Virus record (IMG/VR): IMGVR_UViG_3300033463_000034
From: a virus
Taxonomy: Duplodnaviria > Heunggongvirae > Uroviricota > Caudoviricetes
Length of the DNA stretch: 29,855 nt
Direction: 5' to 3' (one strand)
Both the position numbers and the translations under genes were made by a program. The notes under the pieces were generated by a model, which saw only the letters and a list, made by a program, of their open reading frames with translations, made no database searches and was not told the origin of the DNA. Below are positions 18,635-27,300 of the stretch, in pieces; position 1 is the first letter of the stretch; each line of letters starts with the position of its first letter.

Positions 18635-18837
18635 TAATTATTTTCTCCTTGTAAAGAATTAAAAAATTGTATCATATCTTTATTTATTTCAACTGTAGTT
18701 ATATTTTCACTATGAGGAGCTGGTTTAGATTTATGTTTAGGATTATTATTTTTCCAACATTTTAAAAAATGTTTAGAAACCTCTTTTTCCATATCAAATT
18801 CTTTATTACAAGTTGGACATATATATTTCATAATCAT
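18634..18837 (-). CDS. small zinc-finger-like protein
   Basis: CPTC-x12-H-x3-C pattern. Confidence 0.7.
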   Translation of the reverse strand: MIMKYICPTCNKEFDMEKEVSKHFLKCWKNNNPKHKSKPAPHSENITTVEINKDMIQFFNSLQGENN

Positions 18838-18856
18838 TATTCCCTTCCCTAATTAA

Positions 18857-18933
18857 TGGCGGCTCCAGGCTGAATCGAACAGCCGACACCAAGATTTTCA
18901 GTCTTGTGCTCTAACCTACTGAGCTACAGAGCC
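18857..18933 (-). tRNA. tRNA-Phe(GAA)
   Basis: Cloverleaf; loop CTGAAAA. Confidence 0.97.
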
Positions 18934-19012
18934 ATAAAAAGAAACAAGGCACAATTGTTATGATGGAATTGAACCATCTCTTTTTTAACTGAATTTTAAA
19001 AAATTTAACCAC

Positions 19013-19216
19013 TTATTTATTTGCTGTATATGCCTTTACTTCTTCTTTAGCTAATTTTTCTTTTTCCCTATTTTTTTTAGTTCTAGTATCATAGCACCAT
19101 TTACAAGAGCCATGATTACGACAAGTAGGATCAACCGCTTTACAATATGGTTGTCCTTTAGTTCCATATTTAATTCTTTTTTCTTTTCCACTTTTAATTG
19201 CTTTATATAGAGACAT
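19013..19216 (-). CDS. small basic Cys/His protein
   Basis: C-x6-CRNHGSCKWC motif; GGAGGTG RBS. Confidence 0.8.
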   Translation of the reverse strand: MSLYKAIKSGKEKRIKYGTKGQPYCKAVDPTCRNHGSCKWCYDTRTKKNREKEKLAKEEVKAYTANK

Positions 19217-19233
19217 AATGTCTCACCTCCTCA

Positions 19234-19494
19234 TTATGAGGCTGAAGCAACTTTTTCTTCTATTTTTTGCATATTTCTCTTATATCTTCTTCCACTTCCT
19301 GCTGGATGAGCTTCTGCATAAGCTTTTGCTTGTTCAATTAACTCTCTTCCTTTAGCAGATAAATATTTAGAAGCTAATGGGTTCTTTTTTATTTTTTTAT
19401 TTGTTTTTCCTTTTTTATCTAAGTTTGCTTGTGTAATTGTATATTGTCCTTCACCACTATGTGAAGCTCCTCTTCTTTTAGCCATATAAATCAT
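19234..19494 (-). CDS. small basic hypothetical protein
   Basis: Lys/Arg-rich ORF after a promoter; GAAGGA RBS. Confidence 0.7.
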   Translation of the reverse strand: MIYMAKRRGASHSGEGQYTITQANLDKKGKTNKKIKKNPLASKYLSAKGRELIEQAKAYAEAHPAGSGRRYKRNMQKIEEKVASAS

Positions 19495-19626
19495 TCCTTC
19501 TTTCTTTTTTGTTATATATATTATATAATAATTTTATATAAAAATCAATAAAAAATATGCGGCAGCAGGTTAGAGATGAAAAAACGCGAATTATCTTTAT
19601 TTAAGCTGAATCCCGCACATAATTAA

Positions 19627-19700
19627 TGGCAGCGCGACTAGGATTTGAACCCAGATACTCAGTTTTGGAGACTGAAGTCCTACCATTGGACGATCACGCT
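19627..19700 (-). tRNA. tRNA-Trp(CCA)
   Basis: Canonical 74-nt cloverleaf; TCAGT-CTCCAAA-ACTGA; A1-T72; G73. Confidence 0.96.
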
Positions 19701-19705
19701 ATATA

Positions 19706-19800
19706 TGGCAGGGGCTGTAGGATTCGAACCCACACCCACGGTTTTGGAGACCGTTACCCTGGTTTTGAAGACCAGTGTGCTACCCTTACACTAAGCCCCT
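19706..19800 (-). tRNA. tRNA-Trp with two anticodon arms: TCA (opal-reading) plus CCA
   Basis: AGGGGCT TA GTGT AAGGGTA GCAC A [CTGGT CTTCAAA ACCAG] GGTA [ACGGT CTCCAAA ACCGT] GGGT GTGGG TTCGAAT CCTAC AGCCCCT G CCA. Confidence 0.9.
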
Positions 19801-19819
19801 ATAGAATAGGCATTTCCGC

Positions 19820-20188
19820 CTACAACTCTATTAAATAGAAACATTCTTTTGAACAAGCAGTTAAGTGTTTTGGATCTTCTGCCCATTCTTTATAAGTTAT
19901 ATAATCAGATATTTCTACATAATCTTTTAAATCAATATTTAATTTATTTTCATTAATTATATTATAATAATTTTTTAATAAATAATCAAATAAAGATTCA
20001 TCTTTTGAAGTTCTTATTCCTATAGGATACTTTTTATTCATTTCTGCGATTATATCAAAAAATAATTCTTTCCAATAAGCTGTTAATTCATAAGAATATG
20101 ATAAATCATTTAAATCATATTTATTAATTAATAACTTTTTATCTTCTAATTCTTTTAATTGATAATTTTCAATTTTCTTAATTGTCAT
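19820..20188 (-). CDS. hypothetical protein
   Basis: AAGGAGAG RBS before ATG 20188. Confidence 0.6.
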   Translation of the reverse strand: MTIKKIENYQLKELEDKKLLINKYDLNDLSYSYELTAYWKELFFDIIAEMNKKYPIGIRTSKDESLFDYLLKNYYNIINENKLNIDLKDYVEISDYITYKEWAEDPKHLTACSKECFYLIEL

Positions 20189-20324
20189 ATTTTCTCTCCT
20201 TCTCTCTAAAAGTAAAAGGTGACTTAAGTCACCTTTATTTAAAAATAAAGACAACTTTTTTTAATATAAAATTTATTGTCTTTTTGCATTATATCTATAC
20301 ATAATATATTTACAGTTTATATTT

Positions 20325-20433
20325 CTAGACTCTACTTAAATATATTATTTAGTGTATAGACTGTTAAACTGTAACAAAAATACATTTTCTTTTTCCTAAG
20401 TAAACTACTGAATATTTTTGCTGTCTGAGTCTA
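20325..20433 (-). ncRNA. ACAGCAA stem-loop motif, copy 2
   Basis: TAGACTC/GAGTCTA stem enclosing ACAGCAA, directly after a promoter. Confidence 0.55.
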
Positions 20434-20469
20434 TATATATTATATTAAAAATTTTATTTTAAAACAAAT

Positions 20470-20547
20470 TGGAGTACCCAACAGGATTCGAACCTGTGAA
20501 TGCGGAAGTTGCAGTTCCGTGCCTTAAACCAACTTGGCTATAGGTAC
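20470..20547 (-). tRNA. tRNA-Cys(GCA)
   Basis: Cloverleaf; loop CTGCAAC; U73. Confidence 0.96.
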
Positions 20548-20550
20548 ATA

Positions 20551-20624
20551 TGGGGTGACTACTGAGACTCGAACCCAGATAACTAGAGTCACAATCTAGT
20601 GCGTTACCCTTACGCCATAGTCAC
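20551..20624 (-). tRNA. tRNA-His(GTG)
   Basis: Cloverleaf; loop TTGTGAC; C73; genomic -1 base is T. Confidence 0.95.
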
Positions 20625-20668
20625 ACCATTATATTCCAATTTCTTTAAAGATAATGGTCTAACTATTG

Positions 20669-21073
20669 CTAGTACCATAAGCTACCAAAATATTTAATAA
20701 ATAATCTCATTCCATATTTAATTTGTTTTTGTTTATTTTTTGATAATTTTTGCCATTCTTTTGTAGATTTAGATAAATCTGTTATTTGACTTTCATCTAT
20801 TAAATATAATTTGAATCCATTAATCATTTTTTGAATAATTTTTTCCCATTTATTAAAATCTATTCCCATCGGACATCCAATTAAACAATTATCTTGAAAA
20901 TAACGAAGTCTTGAATATATATATAAAGCAAGAGAATAATCTAAACTAAAAAATTCTATTTCAGAAAATCCTTCTTCATTTTCAATATTTCTATCACAAA
21001 TATCTTCACTTTTTTCAAAAGGAAAATCAGTTTCTTTTAAACCTAATTCTTTATAATAATGATTAAATTTCAT
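20669..21073 (-). CDS. hypothetical phage protein
   Basis: EFFSLDYSLALYIYSRLRYF...GMRLFIKYFGSLWY; GAAGGTG RBS. Confidence 0.8.
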   Translation of the reverse strand: MKFNHYYKELGLKETDFPFEKSEDICDRNIENEEGFSEIEFFSLDYSLALYIYSRLRYFQDNCLIGCPMGIDFNKWEKIIQKMINGFKLYLIDESQITDLSKSTKEWQKLSKNKQKQIKYGMRLFIKYFGSLWY

Positions 21074-21197
21074 TTTAACACCTTCTTTATATAATTAGAG
21101 GGCGGCAGACCTCGCTGTAAGTCCCTGGACTGGCGCCCGCGGTAATGCTTTGTACCTTATTTTAAACAAAACCCAACTCTAATTATTAACGCTTTTC

Positions 21198-21617
21198 TTA
21201 CAGATTAAAGGTTGCGTTATTAAAATATATTTTTAAAGGTAGGTATTCTTCTTCAGAAAACATACCACATAAATATTTTTCAAATAAATTATAATAACAT
21301 ATTTTTAAATATATATCATTCATTTTTTCTTTATATATTTCTTCAATAGGTAAAAAATTATAATCAGGTTTTAAACTAATTATTTTTTGCCATACTGAAT
21401 CCATAGTTCTTACTCCTCGAGCAGATAATTCTTCTCTAACAAATTTAGCATAAGAAATAAAATGGTCATAATCATAATCTAATACAAAATTTACTAAAAC
21501 ATGATTAGGAGTTCCATTTTTTTGAATTGCACCAGCTATTGCTGATAATTCTCTCCATTGTGCTTGTAAATGCATTTTTGGCAATGCAGGAATTAAATTT
21601 TTATGCCATAATCTCAT
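21198..21617 (-). CDS. denV: pyrimidine-dimer DNA glycosylase (T4 endonuclease V family)
   Basis: MRLWHKNLIPALPKMHLQAQWRE N-terminal signature; EELSARG. Confidence 0.85.
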   Translation of the reverse strand: MRLWHKNLIPALPKMHLQAQWRELSAIAGAIQKNGTPNHVLVNFVLDYDYDHFISYAKFVREELSARGVRTMDSVWQKIISLKPDYNFLPIEEIYKEKMNDIYLKICYYNLFEKYLCGMFSEEEYLPLKIYFNNATFNL

Positions 21618-21682
21618 AATTATTTCACTTCCTTTTATATAATAATTATATTATAATTTTATATAAAAATCAAATAAAATAA

Positions 21683-22234
21683 TTATTTTATTAACTTATG
21701 TAACAAAGCACCAATAGCATTTCCTATAATAACAATAATAATAAATATTAAAGTATCTAAATTAAGCATTTGACTATTACATATATAAAACATATCTGCA
21801 ATAGAATGCTCAAATCCAGATAATAAGAATGCGGTAACACCGCCAATAGTACCAATAAAGGTATTATATTTTTTATAAGTATCAACAGCAATAAACATTA
21901 AAAATCCACATCCTATAGCTTTTATAAAACTTAATCATAGCGGATTGGCTAATTTAGATAAAATTATAGTATCTGTATTTACTGTTGATGTAAAAGATAT
22001 TAATAATACACCTATTAGATTACCTAAAATATATAATAACATAATAGGAATTTCTTTATATGATTTAATATATCCTATTTTTCCAGTATATAAATTATAT
22101 CCTTGAGCAAGAATAATTATTAAACCAATAGAAAAAAGTAATGAGCCTATTCAAGATCCTCCTGCACCAATACTAGTAAGTGCGGCAATACCTATCATAA
22201 AACCTGCAAAAATTGCTTTGATAAATTTTTTCAT
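21683..22234 (-). CDS. formate/nitrite transporter (FNT) family channel, 183 aa; two TGA=Trp
   Basis: AIFAGFMIG, FSIGL, LYTGKIG, LGNLIG, KAIGCGFLM, GFEHSIADMF; a single frame through TGA 22151-22153 and 21935-21937. Confidence 0.88.
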
Positions 22235-22259
22235 TTTTATCTCCTTTTATCTCAAAAAA

Positions 22260-22351
22260 TGGCGCCCACTGAAGGACTTGAACCTTCGCGCCGATATTAT
22301 CGACCTAAGAGATTAGCAATCTCTCCTCTTCACCAACTTGAGTAAGTGAGC
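22260..22351 (-). tRNA. tRNA-Ser(GCT)
   Basis: Type II cloverleaf; loop TTGCTAA. Confidence 0.96.
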
Positions 22352-22363
22352 ATGTATAAAAAA

Positions 22364-22440
22364 TGGTCCTCGCTCAAGGACTCGAACCTAGGACTTCAAC
22401 CTTGTAAGGGTTGCACTCTAACCAACTGAGTTAAGCGAGG
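22364..22440 (-). tRNA. tRNA-Val(TAC)
   Basis: Cloverleaf; loop CTTACAA. Confidence 0.96.
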
Positions 22441-22450
22441 ATAATAAAAA

Positions 22451-22526
22451 TGGCTGCCGGGGTTGGATTCGAACCAACGCGTGTTACAGTCAAAGTGTAA
22501 TGTGTTACCCACTTCACCACCCGGCA
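22451..22526 (-). tRNA. tRNA-Gln(TTG)
   Basis: Cloverleaf; loop CTTTGAC; T1-A72. Confidence 0.96.
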
Positions 22527-22637
22527 ATAAAATGAAGTGACCCCGTGTTTAAAGAGCTTTCTGCACACTTCACTGACCAGCTCTATATGAGATTTTGCGC
22601 GGAACCCGGTTCAATTCTCCGTGAACCGCGACCGCCG

Positions 22638-22841
22638 CTAAATTTTTATACTGTTTAACTTTGTAATCCCATTCGCTTTTAACTCTCTTTTTATAAGAGC
22701 ATTAGCAAGTTTTTTCATATTGGTAATTTTTTTATATTTTCTATACCAATATAATGCAAGAATAAATCTTTTTTCCACCTTAAATTGGTGGTATTTCAGA
22801 TATGCTTCTGTTTCTTGCTTTAAAAGTTCATTGTTTTCCAT
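22638..22841 (-). CDS. hypothetical basic protein
   Basis: GAAAGTGAG RBS before ATG 22841. Confidence 0.6.
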   Translation of the reverse strand: MENNELLKQETEAYLKYHQFKVEKRFILALYWYRKYKKITNMKKLANALIKRELKANGITKLNSIKI

Positions 22842-22886
22842 AAGTCTCACTTTCTTTTGCTTATTAAGCATATATTTCAAAAATAA

Positions 22887-22963
22887 TGGTGGAGAATAAG
22901 GGACTCGAACCCTTGACCCCCTGCGTGCAAAGCAGGTGCTCTAGCCAACTGAGCTAATTCCCC
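22887..22963 (-). tRNA. tRNA-Ala(TGC)
   Basis: Cloverleaf; G3-U70; loop TTTGCAC. Confidence 0.97.
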
Positions 22964-23080
22964 ATAGATAAAAGTGCGAACTGTGGTTTCATGCCCTTTA
23001 GGTCAGTCTTTATCCTAGTCCTCACACTCCCTAAAGTCGACTGGGCTGACTTGGATACTAGGTTACACTTATATTTAAAA

Positions 23081-23157
23081 TGGTTGCGGCGGAGGGATTC
23101 GGACCCCCGACATATCGGGTATGAACCGATCGCTCTAGCCAACTGAGCTACGCCGCA
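23081..23157 (-). tRNA. elongator tRNA-Met(CAT)
   Basis: Cloverleaf resembling the Bacillota elongator Met tRNA (CGG-TTCATAC-CCG); T loop variant TCCGAAT. Confidence 0.9.
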
Positions 23158-23158
23158 A

Positions 23159-23542
23159 TTAGGCAGGCATTACCGCCTTTTTAATTATTTCTATTTTAAA
23201 TATAATATTATTATATTTAAAAGTTATAAACTTACCACTATTGATAGTATATTCTATTTTATTATCATTCAATTTTTTAACAATCTGTTCCACCACAAAG
23301 TCTTTATCAGCATCTCTAAATGCTTTTTTACCATCATTAACTAGTAAGTTTTTTGCAGTTTTTAAAGATATATCATAAATTTTATTATTAATAAAAATTA
23401 AATTATATATCCCATCTCCAATTAAAGAATATTTTCTTTTATAATTATCATTAAAAATAGATTGTAAAAAATCTTCTCCAAATGGATAATCATATTCCCA
23501 AGTATATTCATATTTTTCAAAAAATTTTCTCATATTTATCAC
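23159..23542 (-). CDS. hypothetical protein with family B C-terminal domain
   Basis: C-terminal DKDFVV...GKFITFKYNNIIFKIEI resembles 1700-2140 and 5102-5518. Confidence 0.7.
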   Translation of the reverse strand: MINMRKFFEKYEYTWEYDYPFGEDFLQSIFNDNYKRKYSLIGDGIYNLIFINNKIYDISLKTAKNLLVNDGKKAFRDADKDFVVEQIVKKLNDNKIEYTINSGKFITFKYNNIIFKIEIIKKAVMPA

Positions 23543-23615
23543 TTTCTTTCTATTAATATTATATAATATTTTTTATAAAAAATAAAGTAATAAATATTAT
23601 TTTGCAAAAATCATA

Positions 23616-23689
23616 TGGAGCGGGTAGCCGGATTCGAACCGGCGTCGTCTGCTTGGAAGGCAGAGGTCCTACCACTGAACGATACCCGC
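23616..23689 (-). tRNA. tRNA-Gly(TCC)
   Basis: Cloverleaf; loop CTTCCAA; U73. Confidence 0.97.
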
Positions 23690-23800
23690 ATATGGTGCCG
23701 AACCTTTTCAAAGCATGGGATCCTCTTGCTTAAGGAGAAGTGCAAGGTTAGGTCGTCATTATACCCCTAATAATCTATGTTTTTAAAATTATATTCAAAA

Positions 23801-23876
23801 TGGTGCCGGCGGTAGGAATTGAACCCACAACCTACTGATTACAAGTCAGTTGCTCTACCGATTGAGCTACGCCGGC
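23801..23876 (-). tRNA. tRNA-Thr(TGT)
   Basis: Cloverleaf; loop CTTGTAA. Confidence 0.97.
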
Positions 23877-23884
23877 ATGAGTGG

Positions 23885-24620
23885 TTTGTTTCTTTTTTTG
23901 GAAGAACAATCCGTAAGAAACCTAATATAATATTATATTATATTATACAACAGCAGTCTAGGCAACCTCAAAATTAGACTTTCTACTCGCACTTCTACTT
24001 TTTGTTTTACCTTATAGGTCGCCGAAGCTAAGCTGGGGCTGTTATCTCCCGTCATTATGGTGGAGTAGTTCACCGCCGCATATCAACACTAGGTTAATAA
24101 GCAAATGTAGAGCCACGCTCTCTACCTGTGCCTTTTAGAGATAAATCTCCTACGAGCCAGCCTTATAGTCTGTATAAAACAGCGAACTCGGTGTCGTGTT
24201 AATGTCAGCTTATATCTCGAACACTCTGACGAACGATTTGCACCCTAATTGGTGCTATTGAATAGATAAATAGGTATGCTCCTTATGGCGGCAGCACTCT
24301 TTTAACCCTATTGCTGTCACGGAGTTATCTACTCAATACCACCAATTAAGTTGGTATAGTAAGAAACTTTCCTAATTTATATTGCGGTATTCAGCCTTTC
24401 TTACCAAATGCCTGGTCCCGCATAAACATAAAAGCAATACTTTTATAAAATAGTTTTTACTATTCCTTCAGTTATGGATAAGCAATAGTCAAGCAACCAT
24501 CAGTCTCTCACACCACTGCGGCGATGAAATTTCTTACGCCCAAATTTCACAAAACGGTCTGGTCTATTTGGCAGAGAAAACTAAAACTTGCCGTGCGTGA
24601 GACAGCCCGCACAAATAACT
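23885..24620 (-). ncRNA. candidate ~730-nt large structured ncRNA
   Basis: No sense-strand ORF; GC-richer; hairpins GTAGAG/CTCTAC, GCACC/GGTGC, AGTCTA/TAGACT, GTGCT/AGCAC, GGTG/CACC; co-oriented with and just upstream of tRNA-Thr. Confidence 0.6.
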
Positions 24621-24627
24621 TAATACT

Positions 24628-24698
24628 CAAGACACTAAAATTAAAATTTAAATCATTTGGCAAATTTAATCTTATAATACTTTTGCTGTTCGTGTCTT
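24628..24698 (-). ncRNA. ACAGCAA stem-loop motif, copy 3
   Basis: AAGACAC/GTGTCTT stem enclosing ACAGCAA, directly after a TTGACA/TATAAT promoter. Confidence 0.6.
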
Positions 24699-24747
24699 AT
24701 TTAATTATCTATATATATTATACTATTATTTTTTTATTTTGTCAATA

Positions 24748-24939
24748 TTATTCATTTTCATCTTCATCTACTATTTTAGCAATTTTAAATTTTACTCCTG
24801 TAAAATCACTTGCATCTAAAATAATATCACAATCATTATATGCAGCTTCAACCTTAGCAATAGCTTCTTCTTCTGAATCTGCTTCTACAATAACTTTCTT
24901 TTTTAAAGTTTCTATTACTTTAACATAATAAGTTTTCAT
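24748..24939 (-). CDS. DpnD/PcfM-like small protein
   Basis: Y.VKVIETLKKKVIVEADSEEEAI.KV...Y....IILDASDF matches my recollection of that family. Confidence 0.7.
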   Translation of the reverse strand: MKTYYVKVIETLKKKVIVEADSEEEAIAKVEAAYNDCDIILDASDFTGVKFKIAKIVDEDENE

Positions 24940-25149
24940 ATTTATACACTCTCCTTTTCTTTTATATAAATATTATATAATATATTTATATAAAAATCAA
25001 TAAATTTAACAAAAGACTAAATAAATAGCCTTTTGTTAAATTTTAATAGAAAGAAGGCTTACGAATTCTAAATATTGAATTCGTTATATATATTTAAAAA
25101 TTGCTTATTAATATTTATAATTTTAGACCTTTTCTTTAAAACAAAAAAA

Positions 25150-25226
<77 letters not shown>

Positions 25227-25229
25227 AAT

Positions 25230-25600
25230 TGAGATCTGCGGAAGCATCCGTCTAAAGATTGATAAATCTCAACTTATATTGCATAGATCGATGCCACCGC
25301 AATGTATATTATAGGAAGTCTCCTTTTTTACTTTACGAATTAGCTTACTGCATAATGTAAGATATTTTTCTCAATTAGCTATTTTGTTACTCATTCTCTT
25401 ACTTATTGGAGAAAAGGTTTTATCTGCAGTTTTATCCTTTACCTTTAGCAATGTTTGATCCGCTGATCCAACGAACTAATTCAACCCATATACATTTGAG
25501 TAGATTTTCTTAATTTAGGACTATATAAATTTTTACCAAATCTACAAAGATTAATTTAGTCCTTATCAAAATTGATAATGTAAATATTACTTATTTATTT
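25230..25600 (-). ncRNA. candidate structured RNA upstream of tRNA-Ile
   Basis: No ORF; own promoter; crossed helices AGGACTA/TAGTCCT and GTAGATTT/AAATCTAC; TTGAGAT/ATCTCAA. Confidence 0.45.
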
Positions 25601-25650
25601 CATATTTACAATTTTATTATATAATATTTTTTTAAAATAATCAAATTTAT

Positions 25651-25971
25651 TTATAAACCTAAAGCATTTAACAAATCTCTAACATTTTGTTTTTCTTCTT
25701 CTGTAGGTTCTATTACTTTTTTTTCAGTTTGATTAAAATTAATACCCTCTTCTTGTTTATTTATAATTGTTTTTTCTCCAGGTAATGCATTATCATCGCC
25801 AGGAACAACATTTTCTTTTGCTGCTGTTAAAGTAACTTTTACTTGAATTTCTTCTCCATCTTCAACAGTAGGAATTCTTATTTCTTTTCCATCATTATAT
25901 AAAAATGCTCCATCAAAAGTAGAAAGTATTTTTTTAGTTATTTCTAATTTACTCGCTTGTCCCCTCGCCAT
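25651..25971 (-). CDS. hypothetical protein
   Basis: GAGGAGG RBS before ATG 25971 (MARGQASK...). Confidence 0.8.
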   Translation of the reverse strand: MARGQASKLEITKKILSTFDGAFLYNDGKEIRIPTVEDGEEIQVKVTLTAAKENVVPGDDNALPGEKTIINKQEEGINFNQTEKKVIEPTEEEKQNVRDLLNALGL

Positions 25972-26800
25972 TAGAATCTTCCTCCTCATTTTTTATATCA
26001 ATCATTAAATTTACTTTTTCTAAATTAACTGATAATTCTTTTATTCTATCACACATTTGACAATTTCCACCTTTAAGGCATTCGCGGCCGCATTTAACTC
26101 TTTTCTTAACAAATCTAGGTACAATATAACGGCTATCAAAAGTGTCTTTTAAACCAATAATAATTTCTTTTAAATCTCCAAACCATTTTTTATCTTTTTT
26201 ATATATACTATATAATAAATCAGAATTTTTATTATCATCAAAAAATTCACATACATCTATATATGGATTGTAAAATTCAATATCTTCAGGTCTAATCCAG
26301 AATTTTCGTAAATCATCTAATTCTTTTCAAGATGATTGTGCTACATTTGGGAAAACTCTAATTTGAACTTTATTTTTGTGAGCTATTGTTGATATTTTAT
26401 CTAATTCAAAACCTAATCCTTCAACAATATATATATCAGAAACACCATAATCAATTAAACCAACTACACGATCCCAATCATTTACTCTTATATTAAAATA
26501 AAAATTAGCTTCAGGATATTCATTTAAAATGACCCCAATTTCTTCATTTTTTCCACCTAAACGAATATAAAGTTTATATTCTTTTTGATATTTTTTTTGA
26601 ATATCTAATGCAGTTTTTATTCAATTATTATTAATTGCTTCTTCAATGTCATCCATACATAAATTAATTCTTTGGTCTTTATGTTTTTCACAAAATTGAA
26701 CTAAAGCATCTTCATTTTCTATTCTTCCATATTGAATATTAATTTCATCAACTTTATCTAAAATTTTGCTACCTCTGTTAAAATTTATACAATATTTCAT
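25949..26800 (-). CDS. 283-aa peptidase-U32-like (Fe-S) protein; two TGA=Trp
   Basis: One frame from ATG 26800 through TGA 26621-26623 and 26327-26329 to TAA 25949. RVFPNVAQSS(W)..FWIRPEDIEFY..YID and C-terminal CGREC-x5-CQMC. Confidence 0.75.
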
Positions 26801-26856
26801 TATTATATAACCTCCTAATAGCAAAAAAGACTTATATGTCTTATTTTACTTTATAA

Positions 26857-27234
26857 TTAAACTAATTTATATGCTTTTTTAGTTTTATTATCTTCAGTTT
26901 TAACATCAGCTTTTTCAACTTCACCTAAATTAACTAATTGTGTTAATCTAGCTCTTACTTTAGCAACTGATAAATCTTCACCATTTAATTGAACAAAAAT
27001 ATCATCAGCAGTTTGTAATTCACTTGTTAATACTGATTTAACAGCTTCTCTTAATGCATCTCCTTCTGCTTTTTTAGCAGCAGCTCTTTCTTTTGCTTTT
27101 TCAGCTTTTGCATCAATAGATGCTTTTTGTGCTTCAATGAAGTAGATTAATTCTTCTTTAATTTCACTATTTGATTCTCTTACAATATTTTCTAATTCAT
27201 TAAAATAATCTTTCTTTGTAAATTTCTTTTCCAT
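26857..27234 (-). CDS. winged-helix family A protein (more diverged)
   Basis: MEKKFTKKDYF..., LSVAKVRARLTQLVNLGEVEK...KKAYKL. Confidence 0.8.
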   Translation of the reverse strand: MEKKFTKKDYFNELENIVRESNSEIKEELIYFIEAQKASIDAKAEKAKERAAAKKAEGDALREAVKSVLTSELQTADDIFVQLNGEDLSVAKVRARLTQLVNLGEVEKADVKTEDNKTKKAYKLV

Positions 27235-27300
27235 AATATTTCCTCCTTCATTTAATTTACATTTACATTATACTATAAATTTTTTGAGTTATCAAATCTT

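Noticed and set aside
18955-18982. Extra tRNA after tRNA-Phe region
   Set aside because: Only an isolated T-arm hairpin (GATGG-TTCAATT-CCATC); no D arm, anticodon arm or acceptor stem.
19706-19800. tRNA-Sec (UCA anticodon plus long extra arm)
   Set aside because: The acceptor/T stems are 7/5, not the bacterial Sec 8/5. The body is Trp-type, the extra arm is itself a Trp anticodon arm, the TGA sites fit Trp rather than Cys, and there are no sel genes in the window.
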